DNA of 60,972 nt, counting the filler, from Bipalium vagum (Eukaryota), in the NCBI GenBank assembly GCA_037834085.1. It is 3 parts of 3 records of this genome, joined end to end, with 100 filler letters (N's around TTAATTAATTAA, not from the genome) between each part and the next. Parts side by side here need not be neighbours in the genome. Positions count along the whole stretch, not along the records: positions 40,641 to 60,972 come from JBBMKC010255009.1; 2 more parts are not named here. One strand, 5' to 3'. The notes beneath the pieces were generated by a model, which saw nothing but the letters and a program-made list of their open reading frames with translations, made no database searches and had not been told where the DNA came from. The translations under genes were made by a program, and so were the position numbers. Below, in pieces: positions 49,701 to 60,972 of this stretch (position 1 is the first letter of the stretch; each line of letters opens with the position of its first letter).

Positions 49701-52399
49701 ATTTTCATGAAAACATATTTTGAAACGATCTAAACAATTTATATTCCAAAGAATGGATATACAGTCCGTTTATATATAGTATTAACAACGGAATGTAGAT
49801 TCGGTCACCAACTGATAATGAAGATTGATATGGACCACATTCACTATAAACGTTATGTTTTCGTGTTTTTGATTTGATTTCTTGTTCTTCATTGAAATTT
49901 TTTTCAGAAATGACTTTAATAAATTCCATTTTACCAAAGAATTTCATAGTTTCATGCATGGTCGATCTTTATATGTATCTATTCTGTATTCTGTTAAGAA
50001 ACTGCTGAATGTTCAACTCCAAACCGCTTTGATAAATGACAGTCCCATATGACAGAGCCATAGATCATTCATTATCTTTGACATTGTTATGTCTAGAAAC
50101 GAAAAGCCGAAAAAAGTTCTGAAAAGTTACTGACCTTCTAACTGAGTTATCGTAAAATGCTCTTAGTTCATATCAAGCTAGATCTTCTATAAATTCATTT
50201 TGGTCTCGTGTCTAATCCGTTTCTGTTATTATGAAAATTCCATATAAGGGCAAAAATATAAATGAAGAACAAATAATTATTTCATAATAAAATTNNNNNN
50301 NNNNNNNNNNNNNNNNNNNNNNNNNNNNNNNNNNNNNNNNNNNNNNNNNNNNNNNNNNNNNNNNNNNNNNNNNNNNNNNNNNNNNNNNNNNNNNNNNNNN
50401 NNNNNNNNNNNNNNNNNNNNNNNNNNNNNNNNNNNNNNNNNNNNNNNNNNTTATTTTCTTATTAATAATTTCATGACGAAGAAAGGAATACATTTTTGAT
50501 AATGTAAAAAGAAAAATCCATAATTATTAATCTTCCTAGAGCTCCCAAACAGTAAGAGAAATAAAATCAATATCAGAGTTTGTATGATACAATTTACAAA
50601 GGATGGATCAGATCGGCAATGAAAGATCTAATTAATTTTATCTGGAGATGAAATTCAATCGAAAAATTTCTGAAGTCGGAAAATGTTGTTCACTGATAGG
50701 GATAATAAATGAAAATGGATATTTTTCTATTTTAGTTATCAATAATTTTTTTTATATTTTAATTAAATTCTTAATCGATTTATCACTTTCTTCTGTATTT
50801 TTTTTACTTTTGAAAGGGTTTCTAATAAATATTATTTATAATAAAATTAAATAATTATTTTATAAATAATGGCATAAATAAATTATATTATATAATATAT
50901 TTTTATAATATTCTCAATTTAATATACATTTTCTTAAAATGAAGGATTCCTCTCATCTTCCATGGCTCAAAATCATTATTTATTTAAATAAACATTATAT
51001 TTTGGTATCAATCAAAGTTAAGAAAGCCCAGTAATAATCAATAAGAGAAAAGATAATAATTTAAATAATAATAAATTTCTCTTGTTTAAAATGGTGAAGT
51101 TTTCAAACCTGAAAATGTTGATTTGAGACCAAAAACATTAAAAAAAAAAAGATTTACTTTTTAAAACTGATACTTTTTATACGAAACATTAGCCTTTTCT
51201 CCATTGTCATAAAAATCGATAACTCCATTAACAATTGAATATTTTCATAAAGACATTCACTGTTAATATATACAACCGATTTTGTTTCACTAAGGAACCC
51301 GTAACTAATCTCACATATTTTCTCTAAATACTATGAATAAATAAAAATATTAAAAAAAGAAATAAAAACATAATTATTTCATTTAAATTCCGTTATAAGT
51401 TATATATTGCTTTTGTTTAATTGCAGAAAATAAATTCACATGTAGTTCTATAAATATCCATGTTTTTGAATAAAACAAGAAACAATTTATTGCCTAGAAC
51501 AGTTTTTCATGTGCAAGCTTTACAGCTAGTGACTTTATATATTGATTATATTATTTTTATAATAAAGTACTCTTCAACATTGAAAAATGTGATATTTTCA
51601 ATAATGTTTAATGATAATGAATCTTCAATTATCATTACGTCCAACTACACGTGTGTTCGAAAATATCGTGAATTATTCATTTAAACTGCGATGAATCAAA
51701 ATTGCCACGTCACTGTGTTCTGTTTGATTTGTCAATCCTGAACCGAATAATTTGTCAATGTATGTTGTTCTTGTTTTTGAAATAACCACTGATATCTTTC
51801 CTTAAATTAAAAAATTATCATGAGCGATTCTTCAATGTCCACAGACAATATATAAATAATCATTTGTTTATCATTCAAATATTACGAAATAGTCTTAATT
51901 ATGTCATCGCCAAGTCTTATCCTCTTTAATTCTTACTATTTATTAACAATTATTGACCGGGTCCAAAATATTTTCAATTATATCAGAAAATAATTATATA
52001 ACATTTAAGATAAATCCTCAAATGATAATTGAATATTTTCTGTTCTAATAACGTAAGGATTTGGAATAATTATCACATGTCCGCATTAGACGATGCGACA
52101 TTTTGGCGAAATATAGAGCTATTCATGACTATCCAAAGAATCTGTAATGTCAACAGATTTGATCTTTGAACTCCTTATGAACTCAAAAAATTTCATTTGA
52201 CAGCACTCTTGAACATTTAAGGTATACTCATTAAGAACAAGACAAACAATCGTTTGTAACCTCGTATGAAAATTGAATTGCTTACTACAATGTAACACAC
52301 TAAAGATCTGAATTCAGACTTTTTGACTTAAGCGAAATCGAAACCAGAGTCACCAGGGGAAGATTTTACACTCCCTTTTCTGGTCTTCTATTTTGAGTT

Positions 52400-52764
52400 G
52401 CTTCTAGGAAATAAAACTATCAATTCGATTGTGTATCGTTGACAATTGGGCAGTTTGAACGAAGTCATCATTCAAAACGCTCAGAACTCGTGAACCCAAA
52501 AAGATTTGTGCTTCATTATGACAATGCAAAGCCATATAAAAGTTTGATGACTCATCAAATAATATCGTATCGTGAATTAGACTCACTACTACACCAATCA
52601 TACTCATCTGACATTTCGCTGTCAGACATTCATTGATTTCTCTCTCTTCAAAAAAAGGTCTTCAAACAAAATAGAACCCATATAGCTGATTGATTTTTGA
52701 TTTGTAAATAGATAAATAAACTTTTCAAAGATTTCAAAAATGCCTCACTTTTCCAACAACCTAA
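52400..52764 (+). mobile_element. Mariner 3' fragment
   Basis: LHYDNAKPY...LHQSYSSDISLSDIH*FLSLQ and terminal cttttccaacaacctaa-ta TIR. Confidence 0.88.
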
Positions 52765-53282
52765 TAAGTAACTCTGAGTTAAGCTAATTTTTAATTTTTA
52801 GTTCACCACTTTTTACACCCATTAACCAAGAGTTATGTGTTAAACGACATGCAATACACATTGTTATATATTTAGAAAAGTGAATCTAGAAAACTGTAGA
52901 TACTTATTAATAATAAGTTTCCTAGGTTTGTTTTATTTGTTCTACTATGAGTCAATTGATGATATCCCGCCGAAATTGACGGTACTTTTAATGTAGAAAT
53001 GATATTGTCTTGGAAGAATCTTTTCATGTGTGACAGTAAACAGTGCGTACGTGACTGTATAATGTACCTGTATAGATTTGAACTGTCAGGATTGAGAAAA
53101 GTTTCATTTATGCATAAGGGTGACCAAACGATGTTCATCATAACAAATTTCAGAGATAAGATCAATACCTAAACAGTCGTTAGGTAAATTATATTTATTG
53201 TAATTACGGTTTTGTTATTATTTACTATACTGTTACATTATAAATTATATTATTTTTATAATCGCTTTTTACCTGTGCTCAC

Positions 53283-53492
53283 CTTGATTCTTGATCATCA
53301 TTCTTGGTTTGTTTCAGAGATTCACAAAATATTCTACCTCTACCTCTTTCAGCTGGTTTGGTTTTTCTCTTTCCCTTAACTCCTTTGGAATTATTGAGAT
53401 TGTTGGTCTTATTCTTTACCTTGCTATTATTACATTTTTCTGTCACTTCCTCTTTTCCTAATGTCTTCACCGTGTTGAAATAATATTGATAC
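53283..53492 (-). CDS. Candidate internal exon, K/N-rich low-complexity peptide
   Basis: cag acceptor at 53494-53493, AG|gtgagc donor, 210 nt open (YQYYFNTVKTLGKEEV...NDDQES). No family recognised. Confidence 0.3.
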
Positions 53493-55091
53493 CTGCGCTT
53501 TAATTCACAGCAATTTGTAGAAATGCAAAGTGATACAATTCTGCTTTTAATTCATGGATTTGGTATTGTTTAATAAAGAATGTTTTTACTGTTCCTATTC
53601 TCATTAACAATCAACCAATTTTTGAAACTTGGTAAATTTTTGGTGAATTAAAACACAACAATCAAACAAAGATTTTTATATGACAAAAAGCCTCTTCCGA
53701 GGAAAATGTGCATCATACACCATCTTCTTCTTTTGATTTTTGTATTGATCATCGTTAGTGTGCCATCCCCGCTCATGTGGATATGTCTTGAATGGTTATT
53801 AACTGAGAGAGACAGACAGTTGTTAAGAGATAAAGAAGATAAAGAGAGAAGAGAAATTAATACATAAGGTAATCAGAGATAAAATGATAATAAGAGTTAA
53901 TGTGGGTGTTTTATAAGTTAATGACTTAATTAATATGACAGTGCTTCTGTTCCAAAGTTTGAAAAGAATGTCAGCCTATGACATGTATAATAACAATAAA
54001 TACATATACTTGTAGAAGGAAGTCAAGTCAGTAACTATATATATAACAAATACAACATGTATTTAATACTACATGTAATACCATTGTATTCACATATATG
54101 TTAGTGACTGTTTTACCACTTGTCGATGGTGTACTTCAATTTTTTTCTATATAATATTTACAGAATTAATTGGAAAAAAACAGACATTTCTGAATTATTT
54201 CCATACTCGAATAACAATTTAAACAAGTTTTCCCTGATGAAAATAAAGTTCTTTGACCTTTCTTGGACAGTTTCGAGTTTTGGTCATGTTTAATTGAGTC
54301 CGTATCTATTACTTTTCTTAGTCTTTTTGTTTTCATTGAAAACATTGAAATACTTTTGACATGATGTTTAGGGTTTTCAACATGCGTCCGATTGGATAAT
54401 GTACAGAATAGTTCTTCCATTTCTGAACCCGACAGTATGAACCCCATAGCCATGTTTAGGTTATGAATCCTTTGTTCTAACATTTTATTACAAAAAACAA
54501 ATATTTTGACAAAATTAATTAAATAATTTTTGTTATATCTTGACAATAGCAAATTTTTTAAGTTGAAAAAAATTTTCGCTATCAGCAGGTGTACGACTAC
54601 CGAGATCGAAAAATTGTTTCATCAATATAAAATAAAAAAGATCTGTCTGGAAAGGAAGATCAGAAACAATTAAAACAATTAAACAATTTTAAATGGAGAA
54701 CGAACTATCAGCGAAAATTTAGAACAAAGGTTGTATGGAAATTATTATAAAAATCCATTAATTAAATATTTCGGTAAATTAAAACAAAACTATTTGAAAA
54801 AAAAATAATGACATTGATTTAAACTGATCATTGTGAATGTAACATATTTTGCAAACATGAAACTCAATATTCTAATGAGATAGAAATGAGGAAAATAATA
54901 TATCTGTATATTATTATAAATTTCATAAATATTTAGGAAAAATAATAAATATAAATTTTTGAAATATATATTTTTCAATATTTGTTTTAATACAATGACG
55001 TTGTTGGAATTAAAATTCAGCGCAGGATAATTAAAGATTTTTCTAGTTTTAATTTTCTTATGACATGAATGTTAAAAATATTTTTGAAATA

Positions 55092-55116
55092 TTCAATGTA
55101 TTGTTCAAATGTAATA

Positions 55117-55160
<44 letters not shown>
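55092..55160. repeat. (AAT)n microsatellite
   Basis: Direct reading. Confidence 0.9.
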
Positions 55161-55180
<20 letters not shown>

Positions 55181-55849
55181 TAATATAATAATTATATTCA
55201 TTATAAAAATATAATAATAATAACGATAATAGTAATAATATAATAATATTATTTTTAAAAATAAATATTTAAACTAGAAATTACATAAAAAACCTTTTTA
55301 TAAATATTTATTTACACTGTTTTTTTATACTCAGATTTTTACGAATTTGAGAGTAGTTTAACGAAAGAAATCCTTATGAAAAATCCTTTATGGATGAATA
55401 AATAATTTAATTATTTATAAAAATAACGATGTGTTTTTTGTGTGATTTCATTATTATTTATTTATAAAAAATGATAAAAGATTATAAAAGGCAATATTCC
55501 ACTCGCTATGCATACATGGGATAATTAAATTTTTATAATGTCTTTCACTGGATTGGTTCATCCAGTCAAAATATTTTCTCTTCTGTTCCCCATCTCTTCG
55601 NNNNNNNNNNNNNNNNNNNNNNNNNNNNNNNNNNNNNNNNNNNNNNNNNNNNNNNNNNNNNNNNNNNNNNNNNNNNNNNNNNNNNNNNNNNNNNNNNNNN
55701 NNNNNNNNNNNNNNNNNNNNNNNNNNNNNNNNNNNNNNNNNNNNNNNNNNNNNNNNNNNNNNNNNNNNNNNNNNNNNNNNNNNNNNNNNNNNNNNNNNNN
55801 NNNNNNNNNNNNNNNNNNNNNNNNNNNNNNNNNNNNNNNNNNTGATCAA

Positions 55850-56592
55850 TGAATGCGCATCCAAAAAAGGAGGTCACACATATTATTAGCAATGCTTGTC
55901 AAAAATTCTTTTGAAAATTGTGATTGTTGATTAAAGAATTTAAATGCCTAAGACTTTTGACGAAATATACACAAAATAAATTTCTTGTTTGTTTATTTCA
56001 TAGCATTGGCATACCAAACAGGAGGTCCCTTCAAAAATATTAATGTCAATGAAGAATGCAAGCTTTGCTATTTCAATTACATCAATAGAAAAATTCTCAT
56101 AACAATGGTTTTCATACCAGATGACCCGACACTTCATCAATCCGTTAAGAATCAGTCTTTGTGGTTAATGAAATATCTTTGAATAAGTAAGCTTTTTCTA
56201 AACATACAATCTTAGCTTGTTTACAAGGATCTTCTTAATAAAAATCCTCTTCATGATAAGACTTCACAATGATGGCGATCATTTTAATTAATCCACAGGT
56301 TGCCGTAACGGAAGCGGCATGCCCTTTCGGAATCTTAGGTCTTTTACAGGTCTTCATTTTAGGTCTTCATTTCCTTTAATTTTGAACCACGCTTTAGTCT
56401 TCGTATCTGTGGTAAGATCGACGGTTCGTTTCATGTCTTTTCAAGTTGTATTCTTTTGACGTTGCAAATTAGACATTTTATCTTTCCGTTTACTGTTATA
56501 CAAAAATACTGTGATTCCCACTTGTATTGAATTACTCCCCCTTCTTCTATAAATTTTCTTTTAATTATGGCTCAGAGCGCATTAGCCATTTC
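55850..56592 (-). mobile_element. Decayed hAT (Buster/Charlie, GTF2IRD2/SPIN-like) transposase, N-terminal part
   Basis: Minus strand reads KWESQYFCITVNGKIKCLIC, KEYNLKRHET, CLEKAYLFKDISLTTKT..RIDEV and SIDVIEIAKLAFFI. Confidence 0.85.
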
Positions 56593-57087
56593 ATAGACAA
56601 AGATTTTTTATTTATGTAAGAAAATCTTTTGCTTACAACTAACAAGCTGACGGCGTAGTTAGTCAAAAGTTTACAGAATTGGCAAAAAATCGCACATGTT
56701 CTTATAACTAAGGTTATCTTCTGCCGTGATATAGTGTAAATTTAGGAACCTATGTTTGGGACGCAGATACGGCGAGTTGGTCGTATGTTTGAAATGTCTG
56801 GTATAGGCAACATCTGATATTGAAATGTTGATCTTTTGTGAAATGGCTTAATTTAAGAGCTCGTGTTTATTACTTTTGAAAAATATTCAAGTATAAGTAT
56901 GCTTAGAAATGGCTATTTTATATTTGAAATGAAACTTGCTTACAATTTCATTGGAATAAATGTCTGCATATTGTTAAGGTAGGTAAATACACATTTATCA
57001 TATGTGCAACTTCTTTTTTAGACTAGCAAAATAGTAATTCTTTCTACATAAACACGATATTTTAAGATTATTTATGAACTTCTATTG

Positions 57088-57420
57088 CAGTGATTCTCAA
57101 CATCGGGGTCGCTACCCAATATAGGATCAACAAGCATTATTAAACGGGTCACCGAATTATAATAGGTGTACAAATCTTTACATGTGAAAAATCGTGTTTT
57201 ATGATGATGTTAATTAAATAGTTTGTGATGCTGATTAAACTACTTTTGTTCACAATTACCTTAACTTAAATATTTGTTATTATGTGATAATCTTATTATT
57301 ATAGGTTGGTTTAATCAAATATGGTGAGTCATGATTTATTTTTATTGATATTGATTTTCTTTGGGGTCGCCATAGAAAAATAGTATAGAACAAAAGTTCT
57401 ATAGAGTTTTAGACTCACCA
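57088..57420. mobile_element. hAT-type MITE remnant
   Basis: Starts CAGTGATTCTCAAC..GGGGTCGC.ACCC with a second GGGGTCGC at ~57363, typical of Buster/Charlie MITE ends. Confidence 0.6.
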
Positions 57421-60049
57421 ACATTTGATAAGTCTTTTTTCAAGATTTTTTTTTCAAAACACAGAATGTCCTTGAAAACCAATAATTAAAACAAAATCAA
57501 TTATGATAATTAAATTATCAACAAATATTTGTAAATTGTTTTCCACCTCAAAGAATTAAAATATCATGGATAAAAACAAAAATCATTTCTTATAATTATG
57601 AGTGATGATGTAAAAAGTTTTTTAAAATACTCAGTATTATTTTTCATTGTAACCAGTTTAACCAAGAAACTAAAACCATACAGCTAGAAAATTAAAACTC
57701 ATTATAGGACAAAAGACTTGAACAGCAAACCATAAAAAATAAAAATATTTGATTTCAGCCCATAAACGTTGACAGCTGAGCAATGTGACGATAAATTTCG
57801 CCAATATTTTTTATCTTCGATATTAAAATAATTTTTTTTAAAAAATAATTTGAAAAAATTAATTATTTTTAAACTTAGCGTATATATTATTTAGTGATAA
57901 TCATTTATAATAATAATAAAATATAAAATAATATTTTAAAGATATTTTTATCTTTTGAAAAGAGAATTGTTTAAGTAGAAAGTGATCATTTACATTATCA
58001 TTAAAAACCTATGTAAATGTTTCCATATGCCATTGTAATTTTAGAGAAAACGATTTCTCCAGATATTTAATGATCGGTTATGTTACAAAGTAATTCAGGC
58101 TTCATTTCCGATCTAACACGTTGAGCTGTTTCGGATCTTGATTGGCATTCAAGTGAAAATTTTTCACAAAATCATATAAAAATCAAATACTTATTTCTTT
58201 TTTCGGTCATATAAATAATTATTTCTGCAAAATCACTTCAAATTAAGTACAGGAAATGTATGAAGTAAATTTAAAACAAATAAATAAATATTAATCGAAA
58301 AAAATTCTTAAAAAAGAATTAATAAAAACGTGCTGAAAAATTTTGTTTGTAAGTTACAAATAAAGTTTTCATTTAAAACCATTGAGTTTTATTAATGATG
58401 AATTTTCATTGGTGTAAAATAAGATTTATTTAACCCAGCATCTGAGACATTTACATTATCGGTGGTTGCGTGCACTTCTTTAACCGATATATTAATAATG
58501 AAATATTTTTACATTTTTACATTGCAAATTTTTTGGGGCACCCCGTGCAAAGAATGTTTTTGCTTGATAATACATTTTGGAAACCATTTTTTATAATAAT
58601 CATTTCATTAACATTTGTTATACTTGATATCTGTATGATAACTGTACAGAATGCCATCTCAATGATAATATTTTAATGATCTGGATCCATAAATCAGGGA
58701 ATATTTCAATGGTTTCCTTCGAACATATTTTGTGAAATATTAATCATCCTGTCTAATTTTTCAGATTATTCAATGTTGTAAAAAAGAGAAAAAGATTTAT
58801 TTCATAAAATTGAAGCAAAAATGAACTCAAAATTTTTTCTTTAATTTTAGATTTTTTCTTTTTATTGATTTTACATTATTTTTCTGATAACAGTTATAAT
58901 AGACTGACAAAAACTATCTGCAAAAGAAGTAAAGAAAATACTTAATAATTTTCGCCTTAAAAGAATCAATAACCAAAGAGGCTTTTAGTAAGGTTTAAAT
59001 ACTTTCGACGAGTTGCTAATGAGTTTCAGCGGTTTTAAAACATTCTTTTTGAAATAATAAATATTATAAAAATTTTTTATTTTAACATAATGTTATTTTT
59101 AAAAAATTATGTTCTTATTTATTTATTTTTCAAATGGGAAATTAGTGTTAAGGCTATCAGTGACACCTTAATAAAACCTTTCTTCGAGAAAGAAAGAGCT
59201 GGATCTATTTTGATTTAACTATGGCACTTTGTGAACTACCAATCAGGCATATCAAGCGGTACAGGGTGTTGAGATTTTTCTAGCAAAAACGCCATAGGAG
59301 ATCAAAGTATAGGGTTAATACCAACTGGATTTCCTATCTCTTATACCAGGTGGATCAACTTACGACAGCCTTACAAAATATCTTAGAATCGCTCGGGGTG
59401 TCACGTGATTTTGCTAGTGGGTTTGATAGGTCGTAGAGAAAACATCGCATGAAGCATCTTGTTTTTTTTATAAAACAACTTATAAAAGAGACAGTTAAAT
59501 CAAACTTCAGTCAAGGAGTTTTATGTAATAAAGAAATATAATTAACTAAAATTGAAAGGAGTCTTTCTATGTTGAGTAAGAAGAAAAGTTGAAAAGTAAG
59601 TCTACCTTTGAAAGATCAATAAAATTTCTATGAACAGTTGAACAAATCTGATACAATTTTCTGGCATCATACATTACAATTAGTTTCTGTAAGCTTCATT
59701 GAACAATTTATCAAATGAGCAGGTTTCTCTTAGTTAGAAGTCAGTGGATGCTAATAATTTATCCACAGTCGGCAGAAAGAATAATCAAAATTAAATTTTA
59801 TTCATGTTCAAAGACACTGAAAGCTGCTGGAAAAGAAAATGAACCGAGAACAGAGATAGACACTGTTCTTATGTATTACCATAATTGAATTTCCAGCAAG
59901 CTTTCCCATAATTAAATATTGACAAACGTCCATCTGAGATGAAAGAGCTGAACTGAAAATCAGGGAAAATTAAGAAAATTAAAAACCTTTACAGATCATG
60001 TATTACTATAAATATATTATTTATCCCACATAATAATTAAAACGAAAAG

Positions 60050-60180
60050 ATCAACAGTTTCAAATGATCGAGACGTTTGTTTGTCAAACCAAAAACAGGG
60101 TACGCATTTCATCGTTGAGAAGGCTCCTTCAAACATCATCCATCAAATTTTGATGGCTGTTCGAAAACGTCTCGCTCAGT
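60050..60180 (-). mobile_element. Possible hAT C-terminal dimerisation domain remnant
   Basis: Minus strand reads EGAFSTMKCV...LTNKRLDHL. Confidence 0.4.
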
Positions 60181-60903
60181 AATGAAAAATGCAAAGTTTT
60201 CTTAGGGAAATAAAAAATAATTACAAAAACAATCATTTAATAATTGTTTAACGAAATGTTATTTTGAAATACTTGCTTTGCAAACAAGAGGTCTGGAGAT
60301 GTGGACTTGAGAAACATAAAAGCTCCTCATACATATTTGAGACTCAAAAGACTAATAGGCATAGTTAAAATGGAAAGTTGAGGAAATAATTAAAATTTAT
60401 CAAAGTCAATAATCTTTGGAGATTTTATTATTACAACATAATTAATTAAAGACTTTTTCTCTCGATCGAATGCAAAACAGAATTTTGTTTTAATCTGAAC
60501 GTGTATATTAAAATTAAATTTTATTTTATTTTTCAAAATCAGAGAATATTCAATTGATAAATAATTTTTGATGTTCCCCTAGAATTAAGAGTCAAAATCT
60601 TTTAATTTTGCATCGTTTGCAAATATTTCTCTTTCATAAATTCGATAATATTCTTTTTTATGGGATGAAAGATACTCATTGTTTATTTTGACCAGATTTA
60701 TATATTAATGGACAACGCAATTTATTATTTTATGAATAATTTTGATTAATCTGTATTTCTATATTTTCATTTCATTTTCTTTTGTAACTGCGTAGAAATT
60801 TTTAATTTTACTATTAAAATTTTAATAATAATTTATCAGTTATTTAATAATTTTTTTAATATTTTCATATATTTAATAATAATTATTATTTTTATTTATT
60901 TAT

Positions 60904-60908
60904 TTCTT

Positions 60909-60939
<31 letters not shown>

Positions 60940-60944
60940 TTCTT
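60904..60944. repeat. (TTC)n microsatellite
   Basis: Direct reading. Confidence 0.95.
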
Positions 60945-60972
60945 CCCATCAGAACACCCCCCTTCCCCCCCC

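Noticed and set aside
50212-50493. ORF with long X run
   Set aside because: Artefact of reading through an N gap; the same applies to the ORFs at 55454-55892.
54166-54552. 128-aa minus-strand ORF
   Set aside because: No motif recognised and no consistent splice context; cannot be supported as a gene or TE from sequence alone.

Overview
Very AT-rich animal (metazoan) genomic DNA from a draft assembly, with N gaps and two 100-bp contig linkers (44N-TTAATTAATTAA-44N). Three intron-containing host genes can be rebuilt by hand, all on the minus strand: (i) a divergent Ig-domain + fibronectin type III (FN3) cell-surface-type gene spread over ~1.8-24.1 kb and mostly invisible in the ORF track; (ii) a compact TMEM59-like gene (28.3-29.0 kb) with 33- and 41-nt introns; (iii) the last four exons of an ARHGEF17 (TEM4/p164-RhoGEF) orthologue (33.2-39.3 kb). 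Introns and intergenic DNA are filled with decayed cut-and-paste transposons: mariner DD34D, Tc1/IS630-like, DUF4817-type, pogo/Tigger and hAT-Buster. The standout element is at 24.8-27.5 kb: a decayed but nearly full-length chuvirus (Jingchuvirales)-type glycoprotein gene. It sits directly behind an unknown helical ORF and an LTR/PBS-like promoter, with no recognisable pol, which suggests an env-capturing, gag-env-only retroelement or an endogenous viral element. Family assignments come from motif recognition by eye; no database search was run.
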